The position numbers and the translations under genes were made by a program. From contig JBBCAW010000004.1 in NCBI GenBank assembly GCA_051382295.1, positions 1-64,000 on the forward strand: a DNA stretch of 64,000 nt, in the 5' to 3' direction. The stretch comes from Bdellovibrionota bacterium FG-1 (GTDB lineage: Bacteria; Bdellovibrionota; UBA1018). This document shows positions 49,561 to 57,660 of the stretch, piece after piece. A model generated the notes under the pieces. The model saw only the letters and a list, made by a program, of their open reading frames with translations, made no database searches and was not told where the DNA came from. Position 1 is the stretch's first letter. Every line of letters starts with the position of its first letter.

Positions 49561-49597
49561 CCAACTATACCCGATTATGTCCGATTACACCCGATTA
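49561..49597. repeat. 10-bp-period direct repeats (ccgatta x3)
   Basis: ccgatta at 49571, 49581 and 49591, with degenerate ccaacta at 49561. Confidence 0.8.
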
Positions 49598-49696
49598 GGC
49601 CCCCTATCAATTCACCGGGCACTCAGAAGTGTCTCCGATCAAACTCATTGAGGTAAGTACTTAAGGAACGAATTCCCGTGCTCATTTTGACACTAC

Positions 49697-51385
49697 GTGT
49701 TAACACTCTCCACCGTGACCGTCTACCCGAAGTCCTCGCAGTACATCGTTGAGTATTTAAAGAGCCTAAAAATTCGGGCCGTTTTTGGCGTGGGCGGCGC
49801 CAACATTGAAGACCTCTACGATGCTCTATTTCACCAGGGCGAGGGCATTCAAGCCGTGGTCGCCAAACACGAATTTTCGGCCGGGACGATGGCGGATGCC
49901 TACAGCCGATTTACCGGCGGACTCGGCGTGGTCATGGCGACATCAGGAGGCGGCGCCTTTAATCTCGTCCCCGCGCTTTGCGAATCTTTGGCCTCAGCCG
50001 TCCCGATTTTAGCGATCGTGGGACAAGTCCCAACCGAACAGGAAGGGCAGGGGGGGTTTCAAGACTCGAGCGGGCGAGGCGGTTCAGTCGATGCTGAAAA
50101 GATCTTTCAAGGCGCTTCCAAATTTTGCCGCTCCGTCAGAACCGCCGAGGAGCTGCCAGCGGCCCTCCAAGATGCCGTCGCCTCTGCACTGAGCCATCCA
50201 CAAGGTCCCGCAGTTTTGCTGATTCCAAAGGACATCATGTGCGCCCCCCAAAAGGTGCTCCGGACCTTTTGGTTGAGTCCTGCGTCATTTGTTTCCTCTC
50301 AAGCAGTCCCGGAGGCTGCAGCGCTTTTGAGTTCCAAGAGAACCCTCATCATCTGCGGCGAAGGCGTCACGCGAACAAACTCCCAAAGCCTCGTCGCCCA
50401 AATCGCTGAGCAGCTTGACGCCTCCGTTGCGGTCACGGCTTCCGGAAAATCCGCGTTTGATCACCAGAGCCCTCGATTTGTCGGAGTCACTGGCGTCATG
50501 GGCCATACATCTGTCATCGAAAGCCTCAAATCCGCCGAGGCCTGCCTCCTGATCGGCACGCGAATGGCCGTCATGAATCGATTTGGGCTAGACGACTTAT
50601 TGGCTCGGACCCCGGTCATTTCCGTAGGCCCGCAAAACCACTTTTTGCGGCCCCAGCCCTCAAATTTCTCGATCGAGGGCGATATTTCACCCAACCTCAA
50701 GGCGCTCATTGAAGCTCTCAAAACCGCCACCGCACCAGATCTCCCAAAAGCACCCCAGCCTCATTTTACGCCTCAAACCCTGAAACCCACGTATCTCGGC
50801 CCAAAAAATCCGGCTTTCTCATCGATGGATGAATTCATGCATCTCCTCCAAGAGGAACTCGAACCTCAAAGCAATATCCTCTGCGATGCCGGTAATGTTG
50901 GTGCTTCGGCCGTACATTATCTTCGTCTTCCCAGTAAAACCCAATTTTGCATCGCTTTGGGAATGGGCGGCATGGGCTATAGCTTTGGCGCGGCCATCGG
51001 AGCGGCACTTGCCAACTCCAAGAGGACTTACGTGATTGCAGGCGACGGCGCTTTTTTCATGCACGGGTCTGAAATTCACACCTCCGTGGAATTGAACCTT
51101 CCCATCACCTATTTGATCTTTAACAACAACGCCCACGCAATGTGCATTACTCGTGAAGTTCTCCTCTACAATACCGCGTGCTCCTACAACCGTTTTAAGC
51201 CCGTCAATCTATCCGCCGGCATGGGCGCGATGTTTGCAAATCTTCCCACTTTTGGAGTCCGACGCCCCGAGAAATTCCGCACGGCCCTCCAACAAATCAA
51301 AAGTCTGCAGGGCCCGGCTTTTATTTCGATTGAAACCGACCCCGACGAAATCCCGCCTTTTATTTCTTTTTTGGAGAAAGCATGA
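49697..51385 (+). CDS. ThDP-dependent carboligase (acetolactate-synthase-like; NzsH/CqsB3-like by context)
   Basis: Catalytic KHE, GDGAFFMHG...NNN ThDP motif. First gene of a three-gene overlapping operon. Confidence 0.9.
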   Translation: MLTLSTVTVYPKSSQYIVEYLKSLKIRAVFGVGGANIEDLYDALFHQGEGIQAVVAKHEFSAGTMADAYSRFTGGLGVVMATSGGGAFNLVPALCESLASAVPILAIVGQVPTEQEGQGGFQDSSGRGGSVDAEKIFQGASKFCRSVRTAEELPAALQDAVASALSHPQGPAVLLIPKDIMCAPQKVLRTFWLSPASFVSSQAVPEAAALLSSKRTLIICGEGVTRTNSQSLVAQIAEQLDASVAVTASGKSAFDHQSPRFVGVTGVMGHTSVIESLKSAEACLLIGTRMAVMNRFGLDDLLARTPVISVGPQNHFLRPQPSNFSIEGDISPNLKALIEALKTATAPDLPKAPQPHFTPQTLKPTYLGPKNPAFSSMDEFMHLLQEELEPQSNILCDAGNVGASAVHYLRLPSKTQFCIALGMGGMGYSFGAAIGAALANSKRTYVIAGDGAFFMHGSEIHTSVELNLPITYLIFNNNAHAMCITREVLLYNTACSYNRFKPVNLSAGMGAMFANLPTFGVRRPEKFRTALQQIKSLQGPAFISIETDPDEIPPFISFLEKA

Positions 51386-52041
51386 CCGAAAATCCATCCG
51401 TCCAAGACATCGCCCAAGATATTGCAAAAATCCCCGGTCTTCTTCGGGTCGAGACCAGCGGAAAGCCCGAAATGATGAGCGCGCTTTCGGAGCTCACTCA
51501 TAGCGTCTACAAGCATCATGAAGTTTACGGAACCTATTGCTCCATCGAAGAATACATCGACTGTCCACCCGAAAAAGTTTTTCGCTACCTCGCGGAACTC
51601 GACAGCCTCAACGAATGGAGCTTCAGCGTTCGAGGCTTCGAAAAGACCGGAAAATCAGATGTTTTTGTGGGGAAGGATAAAATTGGCGACAACACCACCA
51701 TTCACTGCCGGGTCACCTCGAACCCCGATGCGATGACCGTGGATTATCACTGCGCCTGGGATCAGGGCGAACACCTCTGGATGATCTACCTCATGCGCGT
51801 GATTCCGGCCGAACTTGTTTTTAACAAACCCGGCTCAGTGGTTCTTTGGACCAATTGCCGCCATCCCTTTTACGATAAAAACCCATTTCCGGAACTCGCC
51901 CCGAAAGGACGACCTTGGGTCGGTGAATTTTGGGATATGTTCTATGCCGGCCATACTGTTGAAATGCAGAATCTGAAAAAGATTCTCGAGTATCGTCACC
52001 AAAATGGACTCCCCATGGGTCCGCACCGAGGTGTTTTGTGA
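51382..52041 (+). CDS. SRPBCC-fold cyclase, carbazole synthase NzsI/CqsB2-like
   Basis: 219 aa with YIDCPPE, TVDYHCAWDQGEHLWMIY, WTNCRHPFY and FYAGH motifs, recalled as typical of this family. Flanked by ThDP and KAS-III genes. Confidence 0.75.
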   Translation: MTENPSVQDIAQDIAKIPGLLRVETSGKPEMMSALSELTHSVYKHHEVYGTYCSIEEYIDCPPEKVFRYLAELDSLNEWSFSVRGFEKTGKSDVFVGKDKIGDNTTIHCRVTSNPDAMTVDYHCAWDQGEHLWMIYLMRVIPAELVFNKPGSVVLWTNCRHPFYDKNPFPELAPKGRPWVGEFWDMFYAGHTVEMQNLKKILEYRHQNGLPMGPHRGVL

Positions 52042-53045
52042 CTCCCATGAGTTTAGCTGGGGTTGCCAGCTTTCTTCCTGAAACCATCATTGAGAACGAA
52101 TTTTTCGGGGAGGCCATTAAGACCACTAAACAAAAAATGTTCCTCGGAGTGCAACGGCGCAGACACGTGCAGCGCAATGAAACCGCGGCCAGCATGATTC
52201 ACCAGGCTTCGAGTAAGCTCATTGAAAAACTCAACCTTGATCCCGAAAAAGACATCGACATTTTGCTCACCAATGTCTCCTTGCCGGATGAACCTTTTTT
52301 GGGCTGTGGTCCCTCTGTGAGCCATCTTCTCAACACCCGAGCCCGTTGGGTCATTGATGTCCACAGCGCGGGTTGTGTATCCTTTATCTATATGATGGAC
52401 CTTGCTCGCGCACTTATGACCGCCTATGGCGCAAAAAGCGCGTTGATCTGTAATGTCCAAAATGCCGCTGGACAGATTTTTTCACAGCCCCAGATTCGCA
52501 AAAAACCCCAAGCCGCCGTGCCCGGGGATGGCTGTGGCGTTGGCTATTTTACGGCCTCGAACGAAAACCCCGTCCTCTCGCTCGTTCATCATTGCTTTGG
52601 GGCCAATGCGAAAGACATGTTTTCGACCAACGATGAACATCGCAAATATTTCGAACCGGGGGTTAGCGAGGGCTACATCGACTTTAATGAAGCCAAGATC
52701 GCTTCGATCACTTCGCGCGGCAATCGCCTGGTTCCTGATGTCATTCAAGAGGCCTGTCAGCTCGCCCAAATGAAAACCTCTCAAATCGATGCGCTGGTTA
52801 CGAATCAGCCGAATCCCTATTTTTTAAGAAATTGGCGAGAGGCGCTGGAACTTCCGCCTGAAAAACACTTCGATACGTTTTCGGAATACGGTAATCTCTT
52901 TGGGGCCGGGATTCCAATCACCTTGGAGCAGGCGATCCAAAACGGCAAACTGAAGACGGGTTCAAACCTGGTTTTAGGCGGTTTTTCACACGCGGGAGAT
53001 TTCGCGGCCGCTACGGTGATCAGATGGAATCAAAGCCGAGGCTAA
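52038..53045 (+). CDS. FabH-like ketosynthase III family protein (NzsJ/CqsB1-like by context)
   Basis: AGCVSF catalytic Cys, GDG, TNQPN in place of FabH HQAN, YGNL. Confidence 0.88.
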   Translation: MTPMSLAGVASFLPETIIENEFFGEAIKTTKQKMFLGVQRRRHVQRNETAASMIHQASSKLIEKLNLDPEKDIDILLTNVSLPDEPFLGCGPSVSHLLNTRARWVIDVHSAGCVSFIYMMDLARALMTAYGAKSALICNVQNAAGQIFSQPQIRKKPQAAVPGDGCGVGYFTASNENPVLSLVHHCFGANAKDMFSTNDEHRKYFEPGVSEGYIDFNEAKIASITSRGNRLVPDVIQEACQLAQMKTSQIDALVTNQPNPYFLRNWREALELPPEKHFDTFSEYGNLFGAGIPITLEQAIQNGKLKTGSNLVLGGFSHAGDFAAATVIRWNQSRG

Positions 53046-53049
53046 GGCT

Positions 53050-54285
53050 CTAAATCATCGCTTTGGGATTAAAAAACCGCGCCACGGGTGAAACCTCGCC
53101 ACCGCTGATGATATCGGCCAGGAGTTCGGCTGAACCATGACCCCACGAAAATCCATGCCCCGTATAACCGGCACAAGAATAAATCCGTTGCGAAGTCGTA
53201 TTTCCAATAAAAGGAAGGCCCGTCCGACTGGCTGCCATGATGCCCGACCAACTGTACTCCCACTGGATCTCTTCATGGATGTCGTAAAATTCTTGGGCGA
53301 AATTTTTGAGGCCTTGCTCGATGTGAGGATTGGTCTCAAGCGAGTAGGTTCCTACTTCACCCGTCTCGGAATGATTGCGCCAGCCTCCCAGGACTAACCG
53401 ATTATCGGCTGAAATAATGGCGTATTCATACCCATGGTCGAACGAGTGGGGATATTTGACCTTAAAATCATGGCGAAGCGGCTTGGAGGCGATCATTTGC
53501 CCTCGAAACGGATCAATCAAACCTCGAGATTTAAAAAAATCAGAAAACAAAGGGGAGTAGGCATTGGCAGCGATGACTACGGCATCAGCCTGAGTCAAGC
53601 CTCGTGCGGTCTTAATTTCCACGCCATCCGAATTTTCGTCAAGCGACAGGACCTGAACATTTGAGTAGTACTGGCCACCCGTCTTGAGAAAAGCCTCGAG
53701 CACGCCATTCCTAAATTTAACAGGATGCGCCTGCGCGGAACCCGCCTCAAAGCGCGCTCCAAAACATTTTCGGAACCCAAGAGCTTGAATGGTGGCCGCA
53801 TCCACATAGTCGGACTGAAAGCCCATTCGATTGAGCAACTCCACGGACTCGCGGCATTCGCGGTCTTCGACTTCCGAGACCGAAATGACTAAATACCCAT
53901 CGCGCCGATATTCAGCGTCAATTCCGAGCGTTTGAATCGTGGCCTCGACTTTATTGCAAATATCGATGGAGTGCTGCCAAAGCTCTTTTGCCTTTGTTTC
54001 ACCGTGAATTTCCACCATGGCTTTCATGGATTCGACGGTCCCAAAAAGGATATGCCCACAATTGCGGTAAGAAGCGGACTCTTCAGCCTTATCGTCGATA
54101 ATGACCACGTCTTCGAACCCGCGTTGGTTGAGAAAGTACCCGACGCTCGCACCGGTCAGGCCGGACCCGATCACCGCCACCGAGGCATGAGAGGGGAGTT
54201 CACGCGTGTTTCCGGTGAGGATCGGCACTTCCATCCAATAGGAGTTTGAATAACGATTGGCGCCTTGGCTTTGAACTGAAGTCAT
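53050..54285 (-). CDS. FAD-dependent oxidoreductase (DAO family, PuuB/OrdL-like)
   Basis: SYW, GSGLTG, ASYRNCG, WSGIM, GYTGHG. Confidence 0.9.
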   Translation of the reverse strand: MTSVQSQGANRYSNSYWMEVPILTGNTRELPSHASVAVIGSGLTGASVGYFLNQRGFEDVVIIDDKAEESASYRNCGHILFGTVESMKAMVEIHGETKAKELWQHSIDICNKVEATIQTLGIDAEYRRDGYLVISVSEVEDRECRESVELLNRMGFQSDYVDAATIQALGFRKCFGARFEAGSAQAHPVKFRNGVLEAFLKTGGQYYSNVQVLSLDENSDGVEIKTARGLTQADAVVIAANAYSPLFSDFFKSRGLIDPFRGQMIASKPLRHDFKVKYPHSFDHGYEYAIISADNRLVLGGWRNHSETGEVGTYSLETNPHIEQGLKNFAQEFYDIHEEIQWEYSWSGIMAASRTGLPFIGNTTSQRIYSCAGYTGHGFSWGHGSAELLADIISGGEVSPVARFFNPKAMI

Positions 54286-54326
54286 AAATCACTAAAAACA
54301 GTTTTGGTCCGAAAATTCCATCTATT

Positions 54327-55922
54327 TTATTTGACGATGCCGCCATGGCTCATCAGCTCGGCTTCGATCGCTGACCAAATAGCATAACCCGAATCCGTTG
54401 GATGGTGCATCCAAATTTGAAAAACCGGGCTGATTTCTAATACCGCCCGCCCAATCCCTTCGGGAAGCGCGACACGATAGGTGCGAAAATCTTCGACGGA
54501 GCGACCGGAAATTTTGAAATTTTTGATTCGCCAAAGGCCCGCCTCTTTAGCTGTGTCATAGCTTGCTCCGGAAACATTGAAATTGATTCCCTGATCCATT
54601 GCGATTTCCATAATCGTGCGTAAAACCCACCCGCGCGCTTGAATAGTCCAGATGGTCCAGCCCTGTTTTTCTTGAAAGCCAAAAACCCGAGGATAAAAGG
54701 AAAATAATTTTTGCCGGGTGAGCAGTCCTCCGGACATGTTGTCGCCAAAAAGCTGTCCACCTGCGTCGATTGAGAGATCCGCGCCCACGGCATTTTTCAT
54801 TGCGTCGGCGACCAACGTCCCCCAAACGGTGGGACCGTCACTCGGAATGACCATGGGGACCTCTGAAATTCCAATGACTTCGTGCAGCCACTGATCCCCG
54901 AATTGACGATTCAGACCCTCCTGAGCCTGTTGTACCAATGCTTCAATGACGGGATCCTTGGGCCCCGCGTGATCGACACTGATCAACTCATAGCTCATAA
55001 TTTTAAGAGGATGTCCTGGGACAAGATCAACGACCAACCGTCCCATCACTTGGCCGTGTTGTCCGGCTTGAACAATCGGCACGCGACGCCCTAGAAAATC
55101 TTTCTGCTTGGCCACTTTTTCCAAAAAGGTGTGCGAGTGTCCCCCTACCACCAAATCCAAATCCGAACTGTGAGCCACAATGCTTCGATCACGCGGAAGG
55201 CCAAGGTGAGAGAGGAGAATCACATAATCATTGTGCGCTCGCGCTTCATCGATGTACTGAGTGAGTCCCTCCTGCGGGGAGTAAATCACGTCACGGCCCG
55301 CGCGCCACTGATAGACAAATTCATCGGTCGTTAGACCAATGACAGCGATCCGAGCACCAGCCTTTTTGAACTGCGCATAAGGAAACAAATAGCGTCTGAG
55401 ATTTTTGAGCTTATTCGAAAAATCAAAATTGGCGGCAAGGAGTGCGAATTTTGGGCGGACATGCCCGACGATCCGATTGAGATCTTTTTGGCCCATCAAA
55501 TAATCATGATTGCCAAGCGTCACGGCGTCGTAGCCCATTTCATTCATAATGCGCCAAGATTGCTCACCTTGGTCGGCTAGAAAATAGGGTGTTCCTTCCG
55601 TAAAATCGCCCGCATCTAATACCAAGGTCTCAACGCCCTCTGCGGCAGCGCTGGCCTTGTAGCGATCGATCACGGCCTTCAGCTGCGCATACCCGCCTTT
55701 GGGACCCTGCGGTGCTTCATAGCCACCGATACTTCGATCCTCGGCATGTTCTAAGTGGGAGTGAAGGTCGTTGGTATGCAGAATCTGCAAGAGCTTCGCA
55801 AAAACGGGGTGAGACGCGCCAAACAAAGCAAATCCAAGCAGAAGCCCGAGCCGAATCATTGGACAATTTTTTTTCCAGAACAATGTCATGAAAGACTCAT
55901 CGACGTTTTTGAGTGCATTCAT
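54327..55922 (-). CDS. Secreted 5'-nucleotidase / UDP-sugar hydrolase-type metallophosphoesterase
   Basis: HTNDLHS, DAGD, GNHD, SHLG, GGHSH. True start may be 55889 or 55859 (signal peptide). Confidence 0.93.
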   Translation of the reverse strand: MNALKNVDESFMTLFWKKNCPMIRLGLLLGFALFGASHPVFAKLLQILHTNDLHSHLEHAEDRSIGGYEAPQGPKGGYAQLKAVIDRYKASAAAEGVETLVLDAGDFTEGTPYFLADQGEQSWRIMNEMGYDAVTLGNHDYLMGQKDLNRIVGHVRPKFALLAANFDFSNKLKNLRRYLFPYAQFKKAGARIAVIGLTTDEFVYQWRAGRDVIYSPQEGLTQYIDEARAHNDYVILLSHLGLPRDRSIVAHSSDLDLVVGGHSHTFLEKVAKQKDFLGRRVPIVQAGQHGQVMGRLVVDLVPGHPLKIMSYELISVDHAGPKDPVIEALVQQAQEGLNRQFGDQWLHEVIGISEVPMVIPSDGPTVWGTLVADAMKNAVGADLSIDAGGQLFGDNMSGGLLTRQKLFSFYPRVFGFQEKQGWTIWTIQARGWVLRTIMEIAMDQGINFNVSGASYDTAKEAGLWRIKNFKISGRSVEDFRTYRVALPEGIGRAVLEISPVFQIWMHHPTDSGYAIWSAIEAELMSHGGIVK

Positions 55923-55952
55923 TAGGCCCGAAAGCCGGCAAAATTTTCTCCG

Positions 55953-55979
55953 TTAAGAACCTCCTTCCCACGCCGATAG
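55953..55979 (+). promoter_or_regulatory. sigma28 (FliA)-like promoter
   Basis: TTAA-N15-GCCGATAG. Confidence 0.65.
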
Positions 55980-56031
55980 GTGTTTTGTAGGTCGAATTCA
56001 CACCAAACAAATGATTCCAGGAGGGATGAAC

Positions 56032-56226
56032 ATGACAGAACGCACAATCACCAAGAAAAATGGCGAACAAAACGTAAAAGTTCTCTATCAAAAGATGGGG
56101 GATCGTTGGTTTGCCTTTTCGATTGTCGGCGGCGAAGTGTTCATGGGCTCTATTACCCAAGAAGAGATTGATCGTCTCGAGTTAGGACACCCGAAGGAGA
56201 CTTTTGCTCTCAATGGAAATTCATGA
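56032..56226 (+). CDS. Small hypothetical protein (64 aa)
   Basis: AGGAGG RBS at 56019-56024, ATG 56032. Beta-rich core VLYQKMGDRWFAFSIVGGEVFMG. Confidence 0.8.
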   Translation: MTERTITKKNGEQNVKVLYQKMGDRWFAFSIVGGEVFMGSITQEEIDRLELGHPKETFALNGNS

Positions 56227-56387
56227 GTCATTGTAATTCTTCACCTAAAAAACCCTTAACCCCGCCTTTACCAAATCCCGAGATGAAGACCCATCTCGGG
56301 ATTTTGCGTCAAAAGATTGTCGATCTAGTCGAAAAAAGCCCAGAAAAAGCCGCCAAAATACTATCTTATTGGATTAAAACTCGATAA
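56223..56387 (+). CDS. 54-aa microprotein resembling the FliF C-terminal FliG-binding segment (not in ORF track)
   Basis: ATGA overlap with the upstream gene. Reads MSHCNSSPKKPLTPPLPNPEMKTHLGILRQKIVDLVEKSPEKAAKILSYWIKTR. Confidence 0.55.
   Translation: MSHCNSSPKKPLTPPLPNPEMKTHLGILRQKIVDLVEKSPEKAAKILSYWIKTR
56273..56305 (+). terminator. Perfect 13-bp hairpin with short T tract (terminator/attenuator) inside the microprotein ORF
   Basis: aaatcccgagatg-aagacc-catctcgggattt-t. Confidence 0.65.
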
Positions 56388-56420
56388 AATTAGAGATGTA
56401 ACGCCGGAAAAGGAGTTCTC

Positions 56421-56684
56421 ATGGCGGTCCATCTTTATGCCCCACTCAATACTCGCTATATCCCGATTCTCTTTACCGGGATGTTTGCGCTTTTTTTAGC
56501 CGCACAATTTGTTCATGCCGACGAGGAGGAGGAGGCGACTGCGCCTTTTGCCAGTGCACCTTCTGCATGGGTCGATCGGCGCCCTGGTTTCTCGCCTATC
56601 ACTTACGCTGATACCGGTTATGACTCGGCTGAGGACCGCGCCCCCTTGGGGCCGCCCACTGATCCTCAGCTCGATTCACAGTAA
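56421..56684 (+). CDS. Small exported acidic hypothetical protein
   Basis: AAGGAG RBS, signal-like segment ending VHA, acidic/Pro-rich tail. Confidence 0.65.
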   Translation: MAVHLYAPLNTRYIPILFTGMFALFLAAQFVHADEEEEATAPFASAPSAWVDRRPGFSPITYADTGYDSAEDRAPLGPPTDPQLDSQ

Positions 56685-56702
56685 TCAGAAAGCATGTCTT
56701 GT

Positions 56703-57176
56703 TTAAAGGTAAAAGACACTCAGATCGCCACGATCTTTGTGCGCGTGCTCTGAATACGATTTCAGAAATCGGACAAACTGCTGATAAGCCGCGTAAGATT
56801 GGGTTGCCGTATCCACAAGACAGCCAAATCGCACGTATCTACCGTTGTGCTCAATGCACGGCCGCGAATTTTGGATTTTGACACGAATCTCTAAATAAGT
56901 GTCCTGACTAAAGTAGACCCGCAGAGGCATGTCTTTTGAGTCTTTCGGCCAAGGTCGTTCAGCATCGTAGGGGACCTGAAACGAGCAGCCTTCTTCGCTC
57001 AAATCAATCAGCTCAATCGCGCACATCGATGTATTTCCAACCACTGAGTAGACACTCAGCAATTGCTTGAAGAAAATGCGCTCCGTGCTACGCCGCTTTT
57101 CTTCGAGCTTTTGAGCCCGTACTTCACTAAAATCAATCACATCCGTAGTATTTCCAGTCCGTTGGGGCATGCTCAT
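56703..57176 (-). CDS. PilZ-domain protein
   Basis: RxxxR (RSTER) and DxSxxG (DLSEEG). GGAGG RBS before ATG 57176. Confidence 0.85.
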   Translation of the reverse strand: MSMPQRTGNTTDVIDFSEVRAQKLEEKRRSTERIFFKQLLSVYSVVGNTSMCAIELIDLSEEGCSFQVPYDAERPWPKDSKDMPLRVYFSQDTYLEIRVKIQNSRPCIEHNGRYVRFGCLVDTATQSYAAYQQFVRFLKSYSEHAHKDRGDLSVFYL

Positions 57177-57190
57177 ATCCTCCAAGGGAC

Positions 57191-57217
57191 GTATCGGAAG
57201 CAAAACGAAGACCTAAA
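57191..57217 (-). promoter_or_regulatory. sigma28 (FliA)-like promoter
   Basis: TTTA-N15-TCCGATAC on the minus strand just upstream of the RBS. Confidence 0.5.
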
Positions 57218-57252
57218 TAAGAATGATTTGCCGAGCTAAATTTGCCGCCTGG

Positions 57253-57660
57253 TCATCCCTGGACGATTTGACCAACGTCGGCAACCTGATCGAGCATTTG
57301 AATAAAGGCTTTAAAGCCCTCAGAGGCTTTGTCTTGCCGCACGATTTCAACACCTACGCGTCGGACCGGACCGGTGGTTTCGGCCCGTACAATCCGCACG
57401 GACAAAGGCAAAAAGAGCGATTGATTCAAATAAAACTGGATTTCAAGGTTTTCACTCTCCTTGAGAGGAAAATTTGCCGCATCCTCCCCCTCTGTATCCA
57501 GGTCAAAACTCAGGCCCTGTTCACTGACATTATGGACCTCAAGACGATGAATGCCTTTTTGTGGAACAACGACAAACAGCGAAAAAGTGCGCAAAATAGG
57601 ACGCCGATTGGAGCGGCGGCGCTCGGCTCCTCCGCCTGGACGATTTTTCTGAGAATTCAT
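57253..57660 (-). CDS. Stand-alone PilZ-domain protein
   Basis: ERRRSNRR and NVSEQG motifs. 4-nt overlap with the upstream gene. Confidence 0.85.
   Translation of the reverse strand: MNSQKNRPGGGAERRRSNRRPILRTFSLFVVVPQKGIHRLEVHNVSEQGLSFDLDTEGEDAANFPLKESENLEIQFYLNQSLFLPLSVRIVRAETTGPVRRVGVEIVRQDKASEGFKAFIQMLDQVADVGQIVQG

Noticed and set aside
49697..53045. Calling these genes ilvB and fabH of primary metabolism
   Set aside because: There is no ilvN/ilvC or plsX/fabD context, the KAS-III lacks the FabH His, and the intervening SRPBCC gene points to secondary metabolism.
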